Source of the DNA: a virus
Virus record (IMG/VR): IMGVR_UViG_3300030060_004838
Coordinates: 1 to 64,000 of that record
Direction: 5' to 3' (one strand)
DNA: 64,000 bases
The number at the start of each line of letters is the position of its first letter. Positions within the stretch are counted from its first letter, which is position 1. Below are positions 1 through 8,945 of the stretch, piece by piece. The notes under the pieces were generated by a model. That model was not told where the DNA came from. It searched no databases and worked only from the letters and a program-made list of their open reading frames with translations. The position numbers and the translations under genes are program-made.

Positions 1-654
1 TAACATTTTTAGAATTCTTTTGGTATCTGTTAATTCTTGCCATTCAGCAGGACTATGTTCACTTGTATAAACTTGATAAAGTAATTCTCTTGCCGCTTGC
101 ATTTTAGATTTTAGTCTTTTAATATCTACTTCTTCACCGTAGTTTCTTTCTAACCATTCAAATATTTCTTTGTCTGTTAAATCTAACCCTACAAATCCTT
201 CCGTAAAATTATCTTCTAATTTACCAAATTCTTTCCAATTATCTAAAGAACCTCTACCTTCTCTATATGCCCAATGTAAAAACATAGCATATATTTCTTT
301 ATTTTCTAATAATTTTTTGGGTAAATTAGCACCATATTTTTTTCTAAATGGGTCTTTTGAAAATGATGATTGTTCCTGTATATTTTTTAAATTATCGTGT
401 ATTCTTTTTGCTTTAGCACCTTGAGGGTCTTTTGCTTGTTGGCTAAATAATAAAGACTCAGATAATTTTTCTCTTAGTAAATCACCAATAGGTTTAGGGC
501 TATCCCATTTTTCTTGTAATCTTTCTACAACAGTTTCCCATTCATCTCTATAATCTTTAGGTCTTTCTCTTGCACTAAGGTATGCAATTCTAACCTTATC
601 ATATAAGATTCTTATTTCCCTTGATAGTGGGTCAATTCTTCCCGTTACAGGCAA
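1..654 (-). CDS. Head-module hypothetical protein, 5' part (runs off the window start)
   Basis: TTG start after a GGTGA RBS; frame reads MPVTGRIDPLSREIRILYDKV... and stays open to position 1; not in the ORF track. Confidence 0.7.
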   Translation of the reverse strand, partial: MPVTGRIDPLSREIRILYDKVRIAYLSARERPKDYRDEWETVVERLQEKWDSPKPIGDLLREKLSESLLFSQQAKDPQGAKAKRIHDNLKNIQEQSSFSKDPFRKKYGANLPKKLLENKEIYAMFLHWAYREGRGSLDNWKEFGKLEDNFTEGFVGLDLTDKEIFEWLERNYGEEVDIKRLKSKMQAARELLYQVYTSEHSPAEWQELTDTKRILKML

Positions 655-665
655 TATTAATCACC

Positions 666-1199
666 TTATCTCATATCAGCAGGTTTTTGAGCAGATGAAG
701 CAGCAACTCTTGTAGTCATTAAATACTTTCTAAGTTTATTTGCCGCTTCTTGTAATGATGCTAAAAGAGCCTTACCTTCACTTGTACTCATAGGGTCAGC
801 CTTTTTCTCATCATCTCCACCTGATAAAGCACCAACCGCTAATGCTGGTAATATTTTTTCTTGACTTTCATTCATAAATTCATCTACTACTTCATCAATA
901 TCTTCTTTAGAAATAGAACGACCTGTAAAATCTCTTGATTCATTTCTTGTTTTAATAATACCTTTAGAAATATTTTGTACAATAGGTCTTGCAGTTAATC
1001 TAACTACATCTACTTCTTTACCTTTCTTTTGACTTGGAGTAGTAGGTTTTTCATTAGGGTCAATATTACTACCTAAATGATTAGTAATCAAATTTGCTAA
1101 TTCTACTAACTGTGTTATTACTGCCGCTGTTCTATCATCTTCATGTGAATGAACCGCAAAGTCCATTGTTAAATCTTGTTTTGCTTCCCAATCCATCAT
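666..1199 (-). CDS. Hypothetical head-module protein
   Basis: 177-aa ORF in the minus-strand operon, translationally coupled to neighbours. Confidence 0.7.
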   Translation of the reverse strand: MMDWEAKQDLTMDFAVHSHEDDRTAAVITQLVELANLITNHLGSNIDPNEKPTTPSQKKGKEVDVVRLTARPIVQNISKGIIKTRNESRDFTGRSISKEDIDEVVDEFMNESQEKILPALAVGALSGGDDEKKADPMSTSEGKALLASLQEAANKLRKYLMTTRVAASSAQKPADMR

Positions 1200-1426
1200 T
1201 GTTCACCTGCCATTTTTACTACTAATTCATCTATTTCCGACCAATCCATTTTAGCGATTGTATCAGCACTTGGTACTCTACTTGCTGTTTGAATTGATGG
1301 TTTTATTCCTTCTACCTTTACGAGTCCTGCTTTTAGTAATACATTATCAGCATTATATACAGTCGTTTCTAAAGTCTTTACTCTCTCTACTAATTCTTTT
1401 AATAATAGTGTTAATTCTTCACTCAT
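1196..1426 (-). CDS. Small coiled-coil hypothetical protein
   Basis: 76-aa ORF with ATGA overlaps on both sides. Confidence 0.7.
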   Translation of the reverse strand: MSEELTLLLKELVERVKTLETTVYNADNVLLKAGLVKVEGIKPSIQTASRVPSADTIAKMDWSEIDELVVKMAGEQ

Positions 1427-3639
1427 TTTTCTTCACCTAATTTTGGATATACCATTTCTCTTAATTGTTTATATAATTTTTCGTAGTCCTTTCTTAATCT
1501 TGTTGCTAATTTTACTACTTTAAGATTTTCATCTTCTAATTTAAGAACCTTCTTATTTAGTTTTTTATCTCCCTTGACAACACCTAAAGATTTCAACACT
1601 CTAACAAGTTCCGACAACTTAAGGAAATCATGCCCAAAGTATTCTGTGGGGTCTGCTATATTTAAAATTGCCTTAACTTTCTTTCTTTGTTTTGCATTGA
1701 GAGATTCTAAAATTAAACCTACATCTTCTTTAATAATAATGTTATCTTCTTCACCTAATACTACCAATAAATTATCAAGAGATTTCTTTGTTTCTCTTTG
1801 ATAGGTGGGTAATTTTCTTGGTGTTGAAGGTGCTATTGATTGAACCTTTGCTGGTTTTAGATATTCTACTTCTACTAAAGCATCTTCGTCTTTTAGTAGT
1901 TTTGCTAATATTTTACTTGATGGGTACATTTGCATAAAAGTGCTAATAATATAAGATAAAACAGTTTCTCCTTCTATTTTTTCACTAACTGTATCTATAA
2001 TACTTTTTTCTATTGCTTTTAATTCTTGTGCATTTCTTCCTGCATATTTTTCACTTAAAGACCTGCCTCTAACAATATCAATCAAATCTTCTATAACTTC
2101 TGTTCTTTCTTCCATAGTTCTGTATTTTCTCATTAATTTACCAAAAGCAGGACCTAATCTAAAATCAATTGTATTTGTTTCTGTATCTACTACAATATTT
2201 GATTTAATCGCTCTAACTAATTTAGGTAAAGTATCTTGTTGGAATGTTTGTAGTCTTAAGAAGTCATTTGCAACAGTATCACCTTTTGATTGCATTATTC
2301 CATCTCTTAATCCCTGTGCAAAATAAGCAAAATTTTCAGGGTCTTCGGGTTTTCCTAAAGCATAATTTCTTTCCCAAACATTTCTATAAAGAGATTCGAG
2401 AGTTCCTAATGGTTTTAATTTAGGATATTCAGGCAATTGACCTGCTACCTTTTTGATAAATTCAGTCTTTTTATCTTCTGATAATTTTTCCCATTTATCT
2501 ACATCACCCTTGAAACCTGCTTTACCAACCCAATACATAGGAATATCTCTAAGAATAACACTATTAAACCAAGTAGGATTTCTCAAATCTAATTTTTCAA
2601 AGCCTATAAAGTAATCTGTTCCTTTGATTTTTAATCTTTCATCACCACCAAATCTAACAGATAAAGATTTTTTAAGTATCTTTGATTGTTGTCCTACTTT
2701 GATACCTTCTGTTTTTGCTTGTGTAGCATCAGGAGTAATTTTTGTTGAACGACCTTGCCTCTTTTGTTTTTGTTTTTGTTCACTTTGTAATTGTAATAAA
2801 ATTTCTTTTAGTTTGGTTCTGTCTGTATTAGGTATTTTAATATCAGAATCATTTAGATATTTTTCTAATCTTAAAATAGTTTTATCATTTGCTGTATATA
2901 AACTACCTACTAAATTAATAAGATTTATCAAATTAGAATATCTTTCAGCATCTTTTCCAGCAGCACTTTTCATCCATTCTTCTACAAGTTTTTGGCTTTC
3001 GGGTCTTTCTTTTCGTTCCTTTTGCCTCTTAACTTCTTCTCTTTGTAAATATTTTTTATATTTTTCACTTGCCACACGACTAATTTCTTGTCGTCTTTTT
3101 TGTTCGGCTTCTCTTTGAGGTCTTCTTTCTTCATTTAGTCGTCTTGTTTCTTCCATTCGTGAATCAAAAAGTTTCTCTCTATATTCTTTAACCTGTTCTA
3201 CAACATCATTTAAATTTTCAGCACCATGATTTTTTTCAAGATATTCAAAAATTAAATTAGATTCCATTTCACCTTCAGGGTATCTGTCGGCTAATTGTGT
3301 ACTTAAAATTGTATTAACATTTTTTATTTCAGATTCTTTTTGTCTTAAATCATTTTCATATGTATTATATGATTTGCTTCTATCAAGTGGATATTTTGCT
3401 TCAATAGCATCTATTTTTTTATTATAAGTTTTATTACCCCAATCAAATCTTTTATCTCTTGTATTACCAAATTGAATAATTTCCATTACTCTCTTTTTTC
3501 TTTTCTCAACCTCGTCTATCATAGTTTTTATTTCATCTTCTGATAACGCCTTAATAAGATAATCACTATCTACTAAAGCGTAGTAAAGTCTTGTGTAAAG
3601 ACTTTTTCGTAAATTATCTATTAAGATATGAGATTGCAT
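1423..3639 (-). CDS. Large charged coiled-coil protein, putative virion internal/scaffold-like protein
   Basis: 738 aa, downstream of portal; many [ILM]xK[SA] motifs (NLRKS, YLIKA, WMKSA, ILKKS, IEKSI). Confidence 0.6.
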   Translation of the reverse strand: MQSHILIDNLRKSLYTRLYYALVDSDYLIKALSEDEIKTMIDEVEKRKKRVMEIIQFGNTRDKRFDWGNKTYNKKIDAIEAKYPLDRSKSYNTYENDLRQKESEIKNVNTILSTQLADRYPEGEMESNLIFEYLEKNHGAENLNDVVEQVKEYREKLFDSRMEETRRLNEERRPQREAEQKRRQEISRVASEKYKKYLQREEVKRQKERKERPESQKLVEEWMKSAAGKDAERYSNLINLINLVGSLYTANDKTILRLEKYLNDSDIKIPNTDRTKLKEILLQLQSEQKQKQKRQGRSTKITPDATQAKTEGIKVGQQSKILKKSLSVRFGGDERLKIKGTDYFIGFEKLDLRNPTWFNSVILRDIPMYWVGKAGFKGDVDKWEKLSEDKKTEFIKKVAGQLPEYPKLKPLGTLESLYRNVWERNYALGKPEDPENFAYFAQGLRDGIMQSKGDTVANDFLRLQTFQQDTLPKLVRAIKSNIVVDTETNTIDFRLGPAFGKLMRKYRTMEERTEVIEDLIDIVRGRSLSEKYAGRNAQELKAIEKSIIDTVSEKIEGETVLSYIISTFMQMYPSSKILAKLLKDEDALVEVEYLKPAKVQSIAPSTPRKLPTYQRETKKSLDNLLVVLGEEDNIIIKEDVGLILESLNAKQRKKVKAILNIADPTEYFGHDFLKLSELVRVLKSLGVVKGDKKLNKKVLKLEDENLKVVKLATRLRKDYEKLYKQLREMVYPKLGEEK

Positions 3640-3641
3640 AC

Positions 3642-3866
3642 TTAAACTTCCTTCATTTTCTTATTTATTTTTGGTCCACCTGTAATAAAACCTGGAATTG
3701 TTTGTTCATTAGTTCCTTTATTTACAGGGGGATGTTCTTGAACACCTGCTGGAATTGTATTAACTGTTTCCTTTGGTGTTTTAGGTTCTTGATTTACCTT
3801 TTTTCTAAGGGCATCAATTTTTGCTCTTGCTTGTTCTAACTTTCTATTAATTATATCATTATTCAT
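3642..3866 (-). CDS. Hypothetical protein
   Basis: Likely start MNNDIINRK just after the portal stop; the longer ORF-track start overlaps the portal. Confidence 0.55.
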   Translation of the reverse strand: MNNDIINRKLEQARAKIDALRKKVNQEPKTPKETVNTIPAGVQEHPPVNKGTNEQTIPGFITGGPKINKKMKEV

Positions 3867-3867
3867 T

Positions 3868-5511
3868 TTAACCAACTCGTCTTTCTGTTCTTCTATCAAC
3901 ATTATTATTTGCTGCTTCTTTAGGTAATCCTGTATTTCTTTTAGGTGGTCCAACACTCATAGATGGTTTATTTCTTGTTGCTGGTGCTTTTGCGCCACCT
4001 TGTTGTCCTAATAATTGTTGTTCTTGTAATTGACCTAATTGACTTGCATCTATATCTGTTCCCGCATATGGGTCAGTTTCTAATTTTTTATTGGATTTCA
4101 TATTACCCATTTCACCTTCTTCTTTTTTAGGTGGTGGTTTAGAGTATATGAAATTACCATCTTCATCCATATCTACTTCAAATCCTAAGTTTTTAATTTG
4201 AGTAGCAAGGTTGATTTCAATTTCTCTCCTTCTTAATTCTGCTACATTGTCTTCTTCTTCTGAACGCAGTAATTTTAAATCCCAATCTGTAATACCAAAC
4301 TGTCTTAAAAGGAATGGGAATAAGTATTGATTATATACATTTTGTGCTAATTCTACTGAACGATTAGTTACAAGTATTTGCATACCTTCGTTATTTAGAC
4401 CACCGCTTGTAGAAGTATCTCCTTGAAATATTTTACTTACTCCGTAGAAAGCACCAATCCTATCTCTTAAATCATCCTTTACATTTATGTAATCCATTTC
4501 TTTTAGAGTATTCATAAACTGTACCCATTCTATACTTCCCTTATTTCCACCTTCAGTTTCAATACCCATAATAGGAATATAGTGTGGGTCTTTTTCTAAT
4601 TTTTCTTTAACACCTTTCCAATACTTTACAAGTGATTCCATGTTATTTGTTTGTACTGCAAGAATACCTCTTGGTGCTCTTGCTTTTGTATAAGATGTAT
4701 TGATATAATTTTCCATAGCAATCAATGTAGTAATATGACTCCATAATGTTAGTATTGGTGAAAAGCCATATAATCTTGATGGGTTATATTTACTCAAATG
4801 CATAACTTCTCCTTCTACAAAGTATTGGTCTTTTCCATGCACTCTATTAATATATACGACAGGTTGTAATTTACTACCACAATGAGGACATGGATTAGTA
4901 CAGTCATCATCATAAATATCTCTATGTGTTATACAAGTATAATGTGCTTCGCCTCTATCTCCTTCTTCATCAACATCAATATACATTGTTAATGGGTCGC
5001 CTCTATAAACTTCTTTAATTTTGTGTAGGGCTACATTACCTTGATTATCTAAATAATATTCTTTAACTAATACTAAGTAAGCATCATCAGCAATATTTAA
5101 ATCAGATTCTAATTCTTTTAATACATCAATAAATTTTTGTTCTGAACGATTTACATAACCCTCAAAGAATTTTTTAGCATAAAGCATTTGTTCGTTAGAT
5201 GGACTTCTTAATTTTTTACTACCACAATTTCTACAAACATCTGTTTCCTTTTCATGTGTTGTTCCACAATCTTCACAGATTTTATAGAATGCTTTTTCCC
5301 ACTCATAGCCTCTCCTGAATATTTCTGTTTTTAATTGAGTAATACAAGTTCTAACAATTGTAGATTGATTTGCTACATCGTATAATACAGGTCCAATAAT
5401 ATGTTGAACATTTCTTTTTTCCTGTATTCCTAAATTATAAACTTCTTTAGCAAGTGGTGTTGGAGTTTTTCTCCTAACAAACTTTCCTAAATAATCTCTA
5501 AGACCCATCAA
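3868..5511 (-). CDS. Portal protein with two zinc-ribbon insertions
   Basis: 547 aa near terL; portal-like segments (DLNIADDAY, YGFSPI, IGAFYGVS); CEDCG..CRNCG and CITH..CPHCG inserts. Confidence 0.85.
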   Translation of the reverse strand: MMGLRDYLGKFVRRKTPTPLAKEVYNLGIQEKRNVQHIIGPVLYDVANQSTIVRTCITQLKTEIFRRGYEWEKAFYKICEDCGTTHEKETDVCRNCGSKKLRSPSNEQMLYAKKFFEGYVNRSEQKFIDVLKELESDLNIADDAYLVLVKEYYLDNQGNVALHKIKEVYRGDPLTMYIDVDEEGDRGEAHYTCITHRDIYDDDCTNPCPHCGSKLQPVVYINRVHGKDQYFVEGEVMHLSKYNPSRLYGFSPILTLWSHITTLIAMENYINTSYTKARAPRGILAVQTNNMESLVKYWKGVKEKLEKDPHYIPIMGIETEGGNKGSIEWVQFMNTLKEMDYINVKDDLRDRIGAFYGVSKIFQGDTSTSGGLNNEGMQILVTNRSVELAQNVYNQYLFPFLLRQFGITDWDLKLLRSEEEDNVAELRRREIEINLATQIKNLGFEVDMDEDGNFIYSKPPPKKEEGEMGNMKSNKKLETDPYAGTDIDASQLGQLQEQQLLGQQGGAKAPATRNKPSMSVGPPKRNTGLPKEAANNNVDRRTERRVG

Positions 5512-6905
5512 ACCACCCCACTTTCAATACTGTCCATCAATTGCATCTTACAATTATCATGGTATTTAACTACTACTTCAGGGTCTATATTATATTTCTC
5601 AAATTCCTTTGCGCCCTGTCCCCTTGAGTCTTTCCAATTTTCATATTTAATTAGTTTAAATATTTCCTGTAATCTTGGTTTTGCCCATTCTGTTTTCTTG
5701 TGATTTTTCTTAATTCTAATTGCCTCTTGAATTAATTTACCCTGAGCCTTTTTCATTCTTAAATGTGGTAGACATTTTTCTAAAATAGCATTAATATCAT
5801 TTTGACTGTAAAAATTTAGTCTGTGTTGGCTTCTATTATTCTCTCCTACTTTTTGGTCTAAGTGTAATCTACCACATTTTAATTCAGATTCAAGTTCTTG
5901 GAAAAATGCTTTACCTCTTTTACCCGTAGCAATCATACCTACTCTTGGTGCTAAAGAAGAATCCATAGTAATAAAACCGTCTGAATCAATAAATCCTGCA
6001 ACATAAGAATATAAGTCTTTTTTAATTAGGGGCTTAACTAAATAGTATTCATTGTCTACCTTAGTAGCATCTAACTTCATTAACATTTTAGATATAGATT
6101 GAGGGGTAGATATTTTTGATTGGCCGTCTGTTAGCCTCGAATGTATTTCGTTTGAAGATAGCCCTTGATTATTACAAAGAATTTCTTTTACACTTTTTTC
6201 TATCATTTCCTTTTTACTTTTTCTAACAGATTGATGTGGAATATTTTTTAGTAATTTTCTTAATTCTTTTTTACTTTCATTTAGAATAACACATTGTTTT
6301 GAATATTCTGTTCCGTAATCTAAACTTTTCTTTTCTAAATCGCTTTCCCACATTTTACAACAAAGTTCTATAATTTTACTTCTCGTTTCACCATCTTTAA
6401 TGTTATGTAATTTTTGAATTTGTGAAGGATTATAACCTAATCTACTAAATCCTAATTGATAAGGTTTTAACCAATAAACTGAATCTAAACTTTTTTGTAC
6501 ATATTTTTCATATGCTGTAATTAAATAATCTATACCTTTTGTTAGTTTATCTTTAGAATCACCCTTTAATTTTCTTCTCATTCCTCTTAATTCTTTAACT
6601 AAATCAGGAATATTTTTATCAGCAACTATTGGTTCAATAGGCAACTGAGTAATATAAGATGTTGCTTCAGATAAATTAATTTTTAAAGTTTTAGATATTT
6701 CTTTTAGTATTTCTACTTCATCTCCATATTGCGTAGTAATCCATGTTGATACATTAGATTTACCAAATGCTTCTTTTATTTTTTCTTTAATAGGTGCAAC
6801 AGATTCTTCTAACATTTCTTGTTGCTGTTTAACTCTTTTAATTTCTTCGACATCTCTTTCTAATTCTTCGACATCAAGTTCATCTTGTTTAAATATTAAT
6901 ACCAT
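5508..6905 (-). CDS. Coiled-coil/wHTH protein with a C-terminal LAGLIDADG endonuclease domain
   Basis: YVAGFIDSDGFI LAGLIDADG helix, then ..LKCGRL..RLNF..LPHLRMKK; likely start MVLIFKQD. Confidence 0.8.
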   Translation of the reverse strand: MVLIFKQDELDVEELERDVEEIKRVKQQQEMLEESVAPIKEKIKEAFGKSNVSTWITTQYGDEVEILKEISKTLKINLSEATSYITQLPIEPIVADKNIPDLVKELRGMRRKLKGDSKDKLTKGIDYLITAYEKYVQKSLDSVYWLKPYQLGFSRLGYNPSQIQKLHNIKDGETRSKIIELCCKMWESDLEKKSLDYGTEYSKQCVILNESKKELRKLLKNIPHQSVRKSKKEMIEKSVKEILCNNQGLSSNEIHSRLTDGQSKISTPQSISKMLMKLDATKVDNEYYLVKPLIKKDLYSYVAGFIDSDGFITMDSSLAPRVGMIATGKRGKAFFQELESELKCGRLHLDQKVGENNRSQHRLNFYSQNDINAILEKCLPHLRMKKAQGKLIQEAIRIKKNHKKTEWAKPRLQEIFKLIKYENWKDSRGQGAKEFEKYNIDPEVVVKYHDNCKMQLMDSIESGVV

Positions 6906-8313
6906 AAAAACCACCCCCTTTCTTCGGTGAAACAGTAGGAGAATTAAACAATCCACCACTATCAATATCTATAAATGCATCGGTGAATGTTTTTGTAGCG
7001 TAGTTTGCTAAAGCAAGAGCAATTACAATATCATCATGCGCCCCCACACCTTCAATTTTACCATGTGCGTTAATTCCAAAAGCACCTAATTCTTGTGTAA
7101 TAGCGTTAGTTACACTTTTAGATTTTTCATTCTGTGTTGGTAAAATAAGTTTTCCATTGTCTATATTCATTTGTAAATTTAAAATTATTTCTTCCTTTTT
7201 CTTTCTACTCATAGTGAATTCCTTTACGGGGAAATCAGAAATATTTTTCAATTCCATAGCGAAGGCTTTAGCAAAGGTATTTGTTTCTATCATAACAATC
7301 TCGGGTTTGTATCTTCTACACAATTCCATTATGTGATTGATATGTTCTCGGAAATCAAGACCCTTTGCTCTAAACATATGCACAACCTGTTTATTCATAT
7401 TTTCATCAACCTCTAAGACCATCATTACAGTATAATCACCATTTGCGGAAATAGCAGGGTCATATCCTATGTAATATTGAAAACCCTCTCTCGCAACGCT
7501 CTCAAGCGAAGCATAGGGATTCTTACAGGCTTTAATTGCATCAGGGGCAAAAAGCATAGTATTGGTACTGATAGGAACACAAAGGTATTCTCTTGTAAAT
7601 TTAGATGACCCTATTTCTATTTTTCTTTCTTCTAACATTTTAAGACTCCAGCGATTAGGCCAAAGTGCTGAACCGTCTTGTTTGATTGCAGGGTATCTTT
7701 CAACATTGTATGCGGGGTTTTCTTCTAACTGTACAAATATATCTGTATAGGTAAAAGGAGTTCCTACCATTCTTAGAGAGGCAGTATGGTGAAGTGTAGG
7801 AATCATATCTCCCCAAAACCAATCTGTAACTCTTTGAATAGCCGTCATACTAAACTCTTTCAATGGGTCATCAATGATAATTTCTTGGGGGTGCAAACCA
7901 CGAATCTGAGAACCTACTGAACGCTCTAATATTTCATTACCATTAGTTAAACGCATAGCCCCAACTGCCCAACCCCCTCTCGGTTTAAACTTCTTTAATT
8001 GTGGAATATTAGTGAACATTCTATCTATGTCTTTCATATGTACCATTGTTTGTTTATGGTTTGAAGAAATGTATAACATTTGATATGGTGGTTCTTGAAA
8101 ACATAATTGATATACACACCATGAATGAAAGAAAACTGATTTTCCGTGGTCACGGCTACAAATAATTACTGTGCGTGAAGTATTATTTACAAGGTCTAAC
8201 CATTCCTGATGAAAGTCGGCTAACTCATATCCTAATACCTTTTCAAAAAAATAGGGAAAGTTTCCTTTAGACATTTCTAAATCCATTTCTGTAAGTAAAT
8301 CCATTATACTCAC
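6889..8313 (-). CDS. terL: Terminase large subunit
   Basis: Walker A CSRDHGKS, Walker B EIIIDD, coupling motif VGTP, RNaseH-fold nuclease YIGYDPA..DYT..ETN..HDDIVIALALA. Confidence 0.92.
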   Translation of the reverse strand: MSIMDLLTEMDLEMSKGNFPYFFEKVLGYELADFHQEWLDLVNNTSRTVIICSRDHGKSVFFHSWCVYQLCFQEPPYQMLYISSNHKQTMVHMKDIDRMFTNIPQLKKFKPRGGWAVGAMRLTNGNEILERSVGSQIRGLHPQEIIIDDPLKEFSMTAIQRVTDWFWGDMIPTLHHTASLRMVGTPFTYTDIFVQLEENPAYNVERYPAIKQDGSALWPNRWSLKMLEERKIEIGSSKFTREYLCVPISTNTMLFAPDAIKACKNPYASLESVAREGFQYYIGYDPAISANGDYTVMMVLEVDENMNKQVVHMFRAKGLDFREHINHIMELCRRYKPEIVMIETNTFAKAFAMELKNISDFPVKEFTMSRKKKEEIILNLQMNIDNGKLILPTQNEKSKSVTNAITQELGAFGINAHGKIEGVGAHDDIVIALALANYATKTFTDAFIDIDSGGLFNSPTVSPKKGGGFYGINI

Positions 8314-8945
8314 CTACCTTTAATAATATCCCAAGCCTTCATCATAGCCTTATTATCTTCCATACTTTCAGGAATATAAATAGCATAAGTTCTATTTTTA
8401 CCTTTTAGTATATCATAATATTCTTGAGGAAGATTAGGATGTTTTTCTTTTGCATTCAAAAATATTTCAAAACCATCACTTTGATACTTTGTTAATCTGT
8501 TTTCACTATCATTAGATATATCAAAAACTATTGGTATTGCTTTTTGTTCTGCTAAACTTTTGATAAAAGGAATTCTTTTTTTATCTAACATTTGATTAAA
8601 GCCTCTACCAGTATAATCTACCCCATACATAGTAGGATGTTTAGGCATACCTCCTACTGTAAAACTACCTGCATCTCCTATAACATCGTCTAATACTACT
8701 GCACCAACTTTAGCAACATAATATCCAAACTCATCAACAATTATCCAAAGATAATTTTCATCTCCCCTAAATGTAAAGGGGCTATCCTTTCTATTTCTTG
8801 GTTTTCTATCTGCTTTAGGCCAACGGTTTGCTATTCTAATAAATGTTGGTTCATCTATTGGACCAACTAATGTAAAAGTTTCACCATCTTGTTGAAAAGT
8901 TTCTCCTGAAGGTACAGGAAATGTTCCCTCTCTTACACCTTTCAT
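8310..8945 (-). CDS. Putative GNAT-family acetyltransferase
   Basis: DYTGRGFNQML resembles acetyl-CoA motif A and YQSDGFE motif B; C-terminus AWDIIKGR. Confidence 0.45.
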   Translation of the reverse strand: MKGVREGTFPVPSGETFQQDGETFTLVGPIDEPTFIRIANRWPKADRKPRNRKDSPFTFRGDENYLWIIVDEFGYYVAKVGAVVLDDVIGDAGSFTVGGMPKHPTMYGVDYTGRGFNQMLDKKRIPFIKSLAEQKAIPIVFDISNDSENRLTKYQSDGFEIFLNAKEKHPNLPQEYYDILKGKNRTYAIYIPESMEDNKAMMKAWDIIKGR

